This document shows, piece after piece, positions 25,736 to 34,710 of a stretch of DNA of 64,000 bases. Origin of the DNA: an uncultured delta proteobacterium (GTDB lineage Bacteria; Desulfobacterota; Binatia; UBA9968); assembly GCA_963727625.1 (NCBI GenBank), contig CAVSHR010000012.1, positions 224,001 to 288,000 of the forward strand, given 5' to 3'. Every line of letters starts with the position of its first letter. The stretch's first letter is position 1. The position numbers and the translations under genes were made by a program. Below the pieces are notes generated by a model that did no database searches, was not told where the DNA came from, and saw only the letters and a program-made list of their open reading frames with translations.

Positions 25736-25936
25736 CTAGACGGGCTTAGCCTCAAATTTGGGCTTGTTTGAGACTGGACAGCTTGAGGAGTAGAAACATT
25801 TTTTGCAGCCGGGGTCGATCATCGGCAGCATGGTCAGGCAACGCGGACAGCGAGCCGTAAATGGGTTCGTGATTGGGCACTCACAGCGCGGACAGAGACG
25901 CGCTTCTGACCGCAACTTCTCGTCGAGGCCGGTCAT
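25736..25936 (-). CDS. small Cys-rich protein coupled to feoB (66 aa)
   Basis: ATG overlaps the feoB TGA (ATGA); CPRCEC, CPRC, CKKC, C (8 Cys). Confidence 0.7.
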   Translation of the reverse strand: MTGLDEKLRSEARLCPRCECPITNPFTARCPRCLTMLPMIDPGCKKCFYSSSCPVSNKPKFEAKPV

Positions 25937-27834
25937 ATCAGCACCTGCGAAAGCAAGCCGCCAACCAGGAATGCAACGACCCATGTGCCACACCAGACGA
26001 TCGACGCCTCCTTCAGCCCACGTTCCTTCAACATGACCATGACGGAGGCAATGCAAGGAGTAAAAAGGGTAATCGTAACCAAAGCCACAACAATCTGAGA
26101 AGGCGTTAACGCGAGCTGGTAAAGACCAGCTGCGCCGAAATCTCTTCTGACCATGCCCATCACAAAGGCATTGGCTGCCGCGCGCGGCAGTTGCAACCAA
26201 CCGGTGGTCACCGGCGCAAGAATGTCCTGCCACAGCGCCAAGAGTCCGGTTAGCTGCAGAGTGCCGATGCCTAAAGCGCCAGCGAAGAACCACGGCGTCG
26301 CTTCTTTCATGAAGAAATAGGAACGGTAGGCGGTTTTTCGCACGAGATTGTCGAGCCGAGGCAGACGCATCGGCGGGAGATCGATCAAGAAGGGCGTGGT
26401 CGTGCCGGAAAGCAGCCGATGAAGGACCGTACCGATGATCACGAACACGCAGAAGATTGTCACGGTGTAAATCACCATCGCGCCAATTCCTGCGCCGGCC
26501 AGCAGCGCCGCGACGACTGCAAGCTGCGCGGAACAAGGAATGGCGAATTGGAGAATTGCCGTGGCGATCCGCTTTTCTCGGTTGTTGCCGAGCAGTCGAG
26601 TGGAAAGGGTAGCCATGGTGACACAACCGAAACCGAGGATCAGCGGAATGACGGCGCTGCCGTTCAATCCGATCGCGTTCAGGCTGCGGTCGACCAAGGT
26701 CGCCAGACGCGGCAGGTAGCCGCTATCTTCCATGATCGCGAGCGATAGATAGAATCCGATAACCAGGGGCAGCAAGAGAAACAGCAAGTAGGTTACGGTC
26801 ATGGTCACGACCCCGAACTCGCCGACCAAAAGGGTGCCGAGCCACGACGTCGGAGCGATATATTGAGCTACCATCGCGCGCACCCACGGCTCCCACAGCT
26901 CTTGGCCGAGCTTCACCTCGGTGAATTTCACCAAATCCTGGGCGATGAGTTTGCCGACAAAGAGGTAGATCAGATAAAGCACCACAAAAAGCATGGGAAT
27001 CCCCGACCAAGGGTTGAGCGCCCAGCGTCCGAGCGTCGTAGCAAGGGAGGTGCGGCGACGATTCTCGACGAGCACTTCATCGATGATTGCGTTGACCCGA
27101 TTTCGTCGGTCGATGTAAATAGCTTCGCGCCCGTCTTCTGCCGGCACGCCGTGGCGCTGCGCCACGGTTTCATCGCCTTCCAAGATCAGCAGTGCCTCGG
27201 CCTCCGAACCGGTAGCGGTCAGCATCGTGTGGATCTGCTGATGCAGCGCAGGATCTTGCCGGCCGCGCCGGGCATTTTCAATCGCAGATTCCATATGCTC
27301 AAACCCGGCCCGCTTCGTCGCCGTCGTTGTGAAGATCGGCACACCGAGGAGGTCCGACAACCGCTTCGCGTCGATTTGCAGGCTGAGTTTTTCCACTTCG
27401 TCCATGCAGTTCAGGAAAAGTGAAACCCTTTTTCCCATGTCGATCAATTGTAGGGTAAGAAACAGATCCCGTTCGAGATGCGCGGCGTCGGCGATGTTGA
27501 GAATCACATCGGCTTGGAGGACAACCTCCCGTGTAACCCGCTCTTCATCACTAAAGGAGGAGATGCCGTAGACCCCGGGCGTGTCGACAATATCAAATTC
27601 CTTGTAGCGGCCGGTGGTGAACTCAATGGTCGTTCCCGGGTAATTGGAAACGTCAACATACATACCGGAGAGATAATTGAAAAAAAGCGACTTGCCCACG
27701 TTCGGGTTGCCCACCAGCGCGACACTGATCTGCCCCCCCAGCCGTGGACCCCAATTGCCACCCGCATGCTTATGTCGTTCGATGTGCGTGATACCGGCGG
27801 CGCCGTTGACTCGGCCAACCGAATGATTGTGCAT
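25933..27834 (-). CDS. feoB: ferrous iron transporter B
   Basis: GNPNVGKS, NYPGTT, DTPG, EDSGYLPR, GFGC, IPCSAQ, FTPCIAS. Confidence 0.95.
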   Translation of the reverse strand: MHNHSVGRVNGAAGITHIERHKHAGGNWGPRLGGQISVALVGNPNVGKSLFFNYLSGMYVDVSNYPGTTIEFTTGRYKEFDIVDTPGVYGISSFSDEERVTREVVLQADVILNIADAAHLERDLFLTLQLIDMGKRVSLFLNCMDEVEKLSLQIDAKRLSDLLGVPIFTTTATKRAGFEHMESAIENARRGRQDPALHQQIHTMLTATGSEAEALLILEGDETVAQRHGVPAEDGREAIYIDRRNRVNAIIDEVLVENRRRTSLATTLGRWALNPWSGIPMLFVVLYLIYLFVGKLIAQDLVKFTEVKLGQELWEPWVRAMVAQYIAPTSWLGTLLVGEFGVVTMTVTYLLFLLLPLVIGFYLSLAIMEDSGYLPRLATLVDRSLNAIGLNGSAVIPLILGFGCVTMATLSTRLLGNNREKRIATAILQFAIPCSAQLAVVAALLAGAGIGAMVIYTVTIFCVFVIIGTVLHRLLSGTTTPFLIDLPPMRLPRLDNLVRKTAYRSYFFMKEATPWFFAGALGIGTLQLTGLLALWQDILAPVTTGWLQLPRAAANAFVMGMVRRDFGAAGLYQLALTPSQIVVALVTITLFTPCIASVMVMLKERGLKEASIVWCGTWVVAFLVGGLLSQVLI

Positions 27835-27843
27835 GATGTTATC

Positions 27844-28101
27844 TTACATCTGACAGGTGCCATCCGCATTGGCGTAAACGACGAGGATGGTCTTTGCCAG
27901 CGTGGCGCCGATGGCGATCTCCTGGCGATTTTTTTCGATCACCACTGTCCCTCCGGGAAGCCTCTCGATGCACTTGATCAATTGACCCTTGAGTATCCCG
28001 AGACGGATAAGCCGCTCCCGGCTCCGCCCCTCAGGGATATCGATAATGAAGAGCGAACTGCCCTTAGTGACATGGTCCAGCGACATCCGGTTACTTTTCA
28101 T
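27844..28101 (-). CDS. feoA: ferrous iron transport protein A
   Basis: RERLIRLGILKG..PGGTVVIE..EIAIG; directly upstream of feoB. Confidence 0.85.
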   Translation of the reverse strand: MKSNRMSLDHVTKGSSLFIIDIPEGRSRERLIRLGILKGQLIKCIERLPGGTVVIEKNRQEIAIGATLAKTILVVYANADGTCQM

Positions 28102-28141
28102 CAGCCCCAAAGCACGAACAGACCTTTAACCATTTTCTGCC

Positions 28142-28156
28142 GCAAACGTTGTGCCA
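28142..28156 (-). promoter_or_regulatory. sigma54 promoter upstream of feoA
   Basis: TGGCAC-AACGT-TTGC, consensus match. Confidence 0.7.
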
Positions 28157-28486
28157 CCAACAACTTGGGCGGTTCTGCGCCAATTGCGCTGACGGCGTGA
28201 TTAGCTTTGGCCTTGCGTGATTATTACATTTGCGAATAATAGTGCGAATTTTATCGGTTAGTGGAAATGTTGAGCGCTCACCGGAAACATCGCCGTTTTT
28301 TGGTTATACGCTAGGGCGCCGCAACGCGATTCATAAAGACGGGCGGGACCATTCTTAAACTAAACTAGAGCGGTAATTCGGGGAAATGCGTATCGCCGAC
28401 CGGGAAGTTGAGCGAGCGCCTCAGCGCTGGATCGCTTAGTCTCGTCTGTCGCACTCCGTGCCAAACTTCAACGGCTGAAGCTCTTG

Positions 28487-28984
28487 TCACAATTTCAGGC
28501 TATAGCCCGCTCTCGCCAAGGCCCGGCGGGTGGCGTCCATCACAAACGGACTATCGACGTGCGGCACGACCCTTACATCCGCTGCGGCGCGCAATTGCTG
28601 CAAAATCTGCTCGGCGTCGGCTCCGGCCAGTTCCTCGCATTGGTCGTACATCCCGCCGGGGTCCTCTTCGATCGGGTTATGGACTATAAGGATCGCGCGA
28701 ATGGCCGCGACAACCGGCGCAGTCGGCGTGGGCACCAGCAACGCGGTTAGCGCGCCGTGATCGAGACGCAGCTTGGCCGCGATGGGAAGCGGTTCACCGC
28801 CGCGCTGCTTTCGAGCCGCGGGAAAAAGCACCTTTTCCTCCATCCCGATATGCTTGAGCAAACCCGCGCGGAATTGCGCATAAGCCGCGGCGTCGATCTT
28901 TTCCGGGTCGGCCATGGCGCGATCGAGCAAGCCGTCGAGGCGGCGGTGATCATCGGCGAGGTAACGGTGGATTATTCCGGCCAT
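28487..28984 (-). CDS. hemerythrin/HHE-domain protein
   Basis: DDHRRLD, HIGMEEKVLFP, RLDH, HNPIEE. Confidence 0.85.
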   Translation of the reverse strand: MAGIIHRYLADDHRRLDGLLDRAMADPEKIDAAAYAQFRAGLLKHIGMEEKVLFPAARKQRGGEPLPIAAKLRLDHGALTALLVPTPTAPVVAAIRAILIVHNPIEEDPGGMYDQCEELAGADAEQILQQLRAAADVRVVPHVDSPFVMDATRRALARAGYSLKL

Positions 28985-29060
28985 GAAACCACTTTTCCGA
29001 CAAGTTAATTCGCTGCGCCCTCAGGGGATGGCTTCAACCTTCCGCCTTTACGACCGTGGA

Positions 29061-29687
29061 CTAGCGCTTCTTCAAATCGACGTTGAGCACGAACACCTCG
29101 CCGTCGCGGACAAGCTCAACGGTTTCGCTCCGGACCTCGAGGTTCGGGTGCCAGATCTGGACGCGCAACCTGCCCAACGGGACATTCTTGATCTCGTAAA
29201 GTCCCCGGCTATCGGTGCTGGAAAAAAACGGATGAGCCTTCACGACGACGAACGCCTCCATACTCGGATGCACGTTGCAGAGAATGCGCGAGACCCCGGC
29301 CTTGTCGAATTTCTTACTTCGAGTCTTCCCTGGAGGGTAAAGACCAAGATCGAAATCGTTTGCGCCGTCCTTGGAGTAAACATTGTGCCAGGTCTTGTCG
29401 TAATTCGGAAAGTCAACCGTATCGCCGACCATAATCGCCACGACGGTGGGATGGAATTTCAGGTCCTTCTGATCCATCGCCTTTTTCTGCGGCTTCATGG
29501 TCGCGACCTGCGCTTTTATTTGCGCGCTTGAAAGACCTTCGACAGAGACCACCGCATCGGCAGTCGGTTTGCCGTCAAACGTAATCATGCCCTTGACGAT
29601 TCCCACACCGGCTGGCTCCGCCGCCAGAACTATCGACGGTAAGGTCAGCAGCATACCGATGATCATCCGCTGGACTAACTTTTTCAT
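29061..29687 (-). CDS. exported cupredoxin-like / carboxypeptidase-regulatory-like domain protein
   Basis: Signal peptide MKKLVQR..; FPNYDKTWHNV, CNVHPSM, WHP; ATGA overlap with the upstream gene. Confidence 0.75.
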   Translation of the reverse strand: MKKLVQRMIIGMLLTLPSIVLAAEPAGVGIVKGMITFDGKPTADAVVSVEGLSSAQIKAQVATMKPQKKAMDQKDLKFHPTVVAIMVGDTVDFPNYDKTWHNVYSKDGANDFDLGLYPPGKTRSKKFDKAGVSRILCNVHPSMEAFVVVKAHPFFSSTDSRGLYEIKNVPLGRLRVQIWHPNLEVRSETVELVRDGEVFVLNVDLKKR

Positions 29688-30424
29688 TTTTTTACCCCCG
29701 GTGACGTTGTGAAAGTGAAGTCCACCGTTTGCGCCGCGCCGGGCTTGACGTCGATACGCTTCACCTGGGTCCCCAGGCTCTCGTGCCAAACTTTCAATCG
29801 ATAGACCCCCGGCGGCACATCAGAGAGCTCATATTCTCCGTAAAGATCCGAGATCGCATGATAAGGATGCTCGGTCACGACGATATACGCGCTCATCCAG
29901 GGATGAACTTCGCAGCGGATTTTGACCACGCCGGCAGCGATCAGCGGCTTTCGGCTAACCCGTCCGGGATACAACCCGACATTGAATTGCGGCTGTTCCT
30001 TGGTGAAGAACGCGTGCGCCGTGTGCAGAATAGGATCGGAGTTCTTGAGGATCACGAACTGACCGACGCTCGCCGCCAGCACATGCGGGCTGAAGCGACA
30101 CTCGATATTGTCGAGCTCGTGGGTGGTCTCCCTTTCCACCGCTTTTCCTTTAGTGATACCTTCTAACGTCACCACCGCGTAACGAAGCCCCCGCCCCGGA
30201 CCGACGATCAGGGTTTCATTCGGCACGTCCTTACAGATCTCCTTATTCTTCGTGATCTGCAGCGGCGCCGGCTGCGGCAAATTCCCTTCGACCTTCACGC
30301 TGCCGCGAATGGTCGCGCCATTCTTGACTACGATCTCCTCATAAGCATAAAGAGGTTGGAGCCAACTGCCCAACAGGAATACCGCCAAACCCAAGCCAGC
30401 TAGTTTCAATGTTTTTATCTTCAT
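29684..30424 (-). CDS. exported cupredoxin-like / carboxypeptidase-regulatory-like domain protein
   Basis: Signal peptide; CRFSPHV, NSDPILHTAH, CEVHPWM, WHESLG. Confidence 0.75.
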   Translation of the reverse strand: MKIKTLKLAGLGLAVFLLGSWLQPLYAYEEIVVKNGATIRGSVKVEGNLPQPAPLQITKNKEICKDVPNETLIVGPGRGLRYAVVTLEGITKGKAVERETTHELDNIECRFSPHVLAASVGQFVILKNSDPILHTAHAFFTKEQPQFNVGLYPGRVSRKPLIAAGVVKIRCEVHPWMSAYIVVTEHPYHAISDLYGEYELSDVPPGVYRLKVWHESLGTQVKRIDVKPGAAQTVDFTFTTSPGVKK

Positions 30425-30441
30425 AATGCTTTTTAGTATCA

Positions 30442-30456
30442 GCAATGGCTGTGCCA
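30442..30456 (-). promoter_or_regulatory. sigma54 promoter
   Basis: TGGCAC-AGCCA-TTGC, consensus match. Confidence 0.65.
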
Positions 30457-30483
30457 TATAATGTCACGTTGTGAATTGCGCCC

Positions 30484-30924
30484 TCACTTGGGCGGACGAA
30501 TCGATAACACCGGACAGGTTGCGCGGGCGACCACTTTGGCCGTGACGCTGCCCAGCATTACTTGCTCCAAGCCGGTGCGGCCGTGGGTGGACATGACGAT
30601 CAAATCCGCCTTTTCTTCTTCCGCCCTACGCACGATCTCTTTGTACGGGACGCCGACTTCGACGATCTCGCGATGAATCACCTTGCCGAAAAACTCGGCG
30701 CAATTTTCTTTAACGAATTCGGCCAATCGCTGTTTCTGCTTGGGTACCAACGCGTTCGCTGGATTTAGCGCGTCATCCTTATCAAACCAATCGCCGTCTT
30801 CGCTGATCACATGGTACACCACGACCTCGGCGCCCTGGGCCAGGGCCATATCCATGGCGTAGCGCACCGCCGCGCGCGATAGCTTGGACAGATCCGTTGG
30901 CGCGATAATCTTGGTGAACTTCAT
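30484..30924 (-). CDS. universal stress protein (UspA family)
   Basis: KIIAPTDLS..DLIVMSTHGRTG..LGSVTAKVV; GGAGG RBS. Confidence 0.93.
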   Translation of the reverse strand: MKFTKIIAPTDLSKLSRAAVRYAMDMALAQGAEVVVYHVISEDGDWFDKDDALNPANALVPKQKQRLAEFVKENCAEFFGKVIHREIVEVGVPYKEIVRRAEEEKADLIVMSTHGRTGLEQVMLGSVTAKVVARATCPVLSIRPPK

Positions 30925-30978
30925 TGTCGACCCTCCTCCACCCGCCGGCTTCCCCATGGCCTCTACAGCGACGCTATG

Positions 30979-30993
30979 GCAATAACCATGCCG
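30979..30993 (-). promoter_or_regulatory. sigma54 promoter candidate upstream of usp
   Basis: CGGCAT-GGTTA-TTGC. Confidence 0.5.
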
Positions 30994-31278
30994 CCGTCCA
31001 GACTTAGGGTTGCCTGCGAATTCATAACGGATGGGGGCAACGACTTTGCAAGCATGGGGAATTAACAAAAAATTTTCTCAAAAATGGTAAATATTTTAAC
31101 AAGACGGCAGATGACGGCTGCGCCGGCGCAAATCGCAAGGCCCGCCGCGCAACCTCGCTTAACAGATTGTTGGTAGCTGTTCGCCGCTCAACAGATCGAT
31201 CACCCGCTCGGTGGCCAGTTGGGTTTTTAGCACGACTCGATCAGACGAACCGCCGCTCGCTTTGCCGATGAAAATCTA

Positions 31279-31293
31279 TGGCACGAAGAGTGC
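31279..31293 (+). promoter_or_regulatory. sigma54 promoter candidate upstream of the CBS gene
   Basis: TGGCAC-GAAGA-GTGC. Confidence 0.5.
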
Positions 31294-31354
31294 ACCTTGG
31301 CTCTGTGGAGGACGAGAAGATACAACAGCATGGAACCGATAGGAACCCATAACC

Positions 31355-31786
31355 ATGAATGGTAAATACCATTGGATGAAAGTTGTCGACGTGATGACCA
31401 GAGCCCCCTATACCATAGAGCCGTCCGAGCCCATCGGCCGCGCCGTGGAGCTGATGTCAGCTCATGGCATTCGCCATCTGCCCGTAGTCATGGGAAAAGC
31501 CTTGGTCGGCATCATCAGCGACCGCGACATCCGTTCCAGCATCAGCGACCCCGAACGGCTCTATCCGAATGGCAAAACCAACGCGCTTGAAATTAAAGTG
31601 GGCGACGCGATGACCAGAGACCCCATTACGCTGTCGCCGGACGACGAGCTGCGCAAAGCCGTTGAGCTGCTGATCGAAGAGAAAATCGGCGGCTTTCCGG
31701 TCGTCGGCCGCAACTCAGAGCTGCTCGGAATCGTCACCTATATCGATGTGCTGAGCTGCTTTCTCAATCGGCTAAGGGAGCAATAA
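31355..31786 (+). CDS. CBS domain-pair protein
   Basis: IRHLPVV..GIISDRD; MTRDPITL..IGGFPVV..GIVTYID. Confidence 0.9.
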   Translation: MNGKYHWMKVVDVMTRAPYTIEPSEPIGRAVELMSAHGIRHLPVVMGKALVGIISDRDIRSSISDPERLYPNGKTNALEIKVGDAMTRDPITLSPDDELRKAVELLIEEKIGGFPVVGRNSELLGIVTYIDVLSCFLNRLREQ

Positions 31787-31813
31787 AGGAAACCGGCAAG
31801 GCTAATTTATACG

Positions 31814-32917
31814 GTGGTCGAACCAACGCTTGCAGCTGCGGAAAGGCTAGCCGTTAGAATTTCCCGGTTAGATTCAACCGGAGAGGAGCCGATGGCGCGG
31901 CAGGTCGATCAACGGTGTTTTCATTGCGAGTCAGCGCGTCGGCACGAAATCAGCGCTTCCGACGCGATGCCTAAGCGCAACCGGCTCGGCCCTCGGATTG
32001 CGTCGCACTCCTTGCTTGTCCGCTGTTTTGTTCTCTTGGCCTCACTCTCACTCTTGCCGATTGCCTCCGCAAAGAGTGAGAACCGACCGCCGCCTTCGGA
32101 ACAGCTCGTCGGCGGCGAGTTTGCCTACGCCGTGCAGAGAGCCGATTCACTCACCAGCATCGGCGCAAGATTCGGCGTCGGCGTCGGGGTTCTCGCGGCG
32201 GATAATAACTTTTCTCCGGGCTCACTTTTGAAAATAGGTCAACTGCTGCGCATCGACAATCGCCACATTGTTCCCGAAATCGTTATCGACGGCATCGTCA
32301 TCAATATACCGCAGCGCATGCTTTTTTACTTTAGGGGAGGGCGGCTGATCCGTTTTTATCCGGTGGCGTTGGGGCGCCCCGATTGGCCGACTCCGATGGG
32401 CCAATTTAGAATTGTCATGAAAGAAGAAAATCCGACTTGGGAGGTGCCCAAATCGATTCAGGAAGAGATGCGAAGAGAAGGTAAAGCCGTAGAAACTTGG
32501 GTTCCGCCGGGTCCCGACAATCCCCTGGGGAAATATTGGCTGGGGCTCAGCATCGGCGGATACGGCATTCATGGCACGATTGCGCCGGCAAGCATCTATC
32601 ACTTTCAGACCCACGGCTGTATCCGACTTCACCCCGACGACATTGCCCGACTGTTCAGCGATGTCCCCACCGGCACGCCGGGTTTGCTTCTGTATCGCCG
32701 CCTGATGATTGCCAGAGTGAACGAGCGAATTTATTTGGAGGTTCATCGCGATGTTTATAACAAAGACTCGGAGACCCGAGACCGGTTCGAAGAACTCTTG
32801 AGAACATTCAACCTCGAACCCCTGGTTGATCGTGATCTCGCAAACGATATAATTCGCAAGCAAGATGGCATCGCTCGCGAGATTACCCGACGAATTGGAG
32901 TTACGAATTCTCGATGA
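31814..32917 (+). CDS. LysM-containing L,D-transpeptidase (YkuD/ErfK family); start uncertain
   Basis: YAVQRADSL (LysM), PPGPDNPLG, YGIHGT..THGCIRL. Confidence 0.9.
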   Translation: MVEPTLAAAERLAVRISRLDSTGEEPMARQVDQRCFHCESARRHEISASDAMPKRNRLGPRIASHSLLVRCFVLLASLSLLPIASAKSENRPPPSEQLVGGEFAYAVQRADSLTSIGARFGVGVGVLAADNNFSPGSLLKIGQLLRIDNRHIVPEIVIDGIVINIPQRMLFYFRGGRLIRFYPVALGRPDWPTPMGQFRIVMKEENPTWEVPKSIQEEMRREGKAVETWVPPGPDNPLGKYWLGLSIGGYGIHGTIAPASIYHFQTHGCIRLHPDDIARLFSDVPTGTPGLLLYRRLMIARVNERIYLEVHRDVYNKDSETRDRFEELLRTFNLEPLVDRDLANDIIRKQDGIAREITRRIGVTNSR

Positions 32918-33516
32918 AGAACCACGCGAAATCTCTACGTCAAAGAAGTGAACCCTCAGGCGAAGACAAACACCGGGTAAGCCGGCGAACTTTAATCAAG
33001 CTCGGCATGTTGGCTGCTGCAGCGGTAATTTTGCCGCGCGCCGCCTTCGGCTCCAGCAACAGCCTGTCCGTCGGGGAAAAATCATTGGCGTTTTACAACA
33101 CCCATACCGGCGAGACGCTCAAAACCGTCTACTGGGCCGAAGGCAATTACTTGGGGCAATCCCTGCGCGAGATCAATTTCATCCTACGCGACCCGCGCAA
33201 TGACAAAATCCATGACATCGACACCGGGCTCTTGGATCTGCTCTTCGCGATTCGCAATGCGATCGACGCGCCGCAGTCCTTTCACGTCATCTCGGGATAC
33301 CGTTCCCCGGCGACCAATGCATACCTGCGCGCCCACACGAGCGGCGTGGCGAAAAACAGCCTCCACCTGGTCGGCCAGGCGATCGACATCAGATGTCCCG
33401 GGCGCGAGCTGCGCGTTCTGCAAAAAGCCGCCGTGGCGTTGAAGGCCGGCGGCGTCGGTTTTTATCCGAAATCGGATTTCGTTCACGTCGATACCGGGCG
33501 GGTGCGCTACTGGTAA
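32914..33516 (+). CDS. DUF882/YcbK (MepK-like) M15 peptidase with Tat signal
   Basis: SRRTLIK twin-Arg; NTHTGE, ISGYRSPATN, SLHLVGQAID, FVHVDTG. Confidence 0.9.
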   Translation: MKNHAKSLRQRSEPSGEDKHRVSRRTLIKLGMLAAAAVILPRAAFGSSNSLSVGEKSLAFYNTHTGETLKTVYWAEGNYLGQSLREINFILRDPRNDKIHDIDTGLLDLLFAIRNAIDAPQSFHVISGYRSPATNAYLRAHTSGVAKNSLHLVGQAIDIRCPGRELRVLQKAAVALKAGGVGFYPKSDFVHVDTGRVRYW

Positions 33517-33666
33517 ACGCGGCTTGAGGTGTGGCCGAATTCAACGATTCTCTTCCGCTCAAGCAGGTTGAGCAAACGGTAGATTGTCCCGCGATTCTTA
33601 AAGTTTTGCCGATACTGTTATGCTAAACGAACACACATCCGAGGGTTGGGCCGCATCGGAGGCAAA

Positions 33667-34317
33667 ATGACACGGATCAATACCGCCGCCTTGTTTCTGC
33701 TGATTTTTGCATTGCCCGGCTGCGCGCTCATCGCTGCGAAAACACCGACGCCAACCGCCGGCATGCAAGGTCGGATCGACGGCAACGTCTATATCAGTCC
33801 AAACGAAAGCTTTCGTTTGCGCTTGCCGACATTGTCGAAGACAGCACCCAGAATCAGCGACGAAGTGCCGTCTGCGAATACCTTGCTCCTGACGCTGTCC
33901 GACGATCTCTGCCGCGAATTTATTGTTTCCGAACGGCCCGGCATTCTCGGCGATCAAAAAATTGATGCCTGGGTCGAGCAAAATATCGTCCAACCCCTTG
34001 CCTCCTCAGGGTTCAAGCTGCAGAAGCCCAAGACGCTGCAAACCCGGCTGGGCTCGGTCGTCATGCTGCGCTACCAGGCCCCAGACGCCGCGCCCTGTGT
34101 TCAAACCACGGTGAAAGACGGCAAGAAAGTGGAATCGACGCCCAATGCCGACGTCGGCTGGTATGTATTCTATCACTCGGGCAAGTTCTATCGGCTGATT
34201 TACGTGCTCGGCGTCGGTCCGGATGTGAAAAGCTCCTGGCTCATCCGCCGCGCGCCCGTGGACACCGTCCTCGAACAATTCGCCGAGGGGTTCGAGATCC
34301 CCGGCATGAAAAAATAA
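33667..34317 (+). CDS. hypothetical lipoprotein
   Basis: GGAGG RBS; hydrophobic signal with LPGC lipobox; no family recognised. Confidence 0.7.
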   Translation: MTRINTAALFLLIFALPGCALIAAKTPTPTAGMQGRIDGNVYISPNESFRLRLPTLSKTAPRISDEVPSANTLLLTLSDDLCREFIVSERPGILGDQKIDAWVEQNIVQPLASSGFKLQKPKTLQTRLGSVVMLRYQAPDAAPCVQTTVKDGKKVESTPNADVGWYVFYHSGKFYRLIYVLGVGPDVKSSWLIRRAPVDTVLEQFAEGFEIPGMKK

Positions 34318-34377
34318 AAGACCGTCCGGCGACCGAAGAAACACAACCACCGACCTGCGGAAAATTCAACGTGCGAT

Positions 34378-34710
34378 TTAATCGCGGGCGCTATGAGCGC
34401 GCTCTGCGCTGCGCTTTAGCTGCCGATCGAACTTTTCGTAATCGCCCAAATGCGCCCGCATCAACGATTTCCAGAGCTTTCCGTGGTGCGGTACGGAAAA
34501 ATGCAGAAGCTCGTGGACAATCACATAATCGCCGATTTTGCGGTCCATCGAAAGAAGCTCCGTGCTGAAGTTCAAGTTGCCCGCCGTCGAGCATGACGCC
34601 CATTTGCTCGACATCGGACGGACGGCGAGGGACCTCACTTTGACATCAAACTGCCGAGCCCACTCCAGAACGCGCGCCTTAAACTCTTCTTTGCTGTTCC
34701 ATCGCCTCAT
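34378..34710 (-). CDS. short M48/YgjP-like metallopeptidase-domain protein
   Basis: KWASCS..DYVIVHELLH..HHGKLW; typical position after hsdR. Confidence 0.8.
   Translation of the reverse strand: MRRWNSKEEFKARVLEWARQFDVKVRSLAVRPMSSKWASCSTAGNLNFSTELLSMDRKIGDYVIVHELLHFSVPHHGKLWKSLMRAHLGDYEKFDRQLKRSAERAHSARD

Noticed and set aside
28200-28260. Fur box upstream of feoA
   Set aside because: AT-rich but no convincing GATAATGATAATCATTATC-like match.
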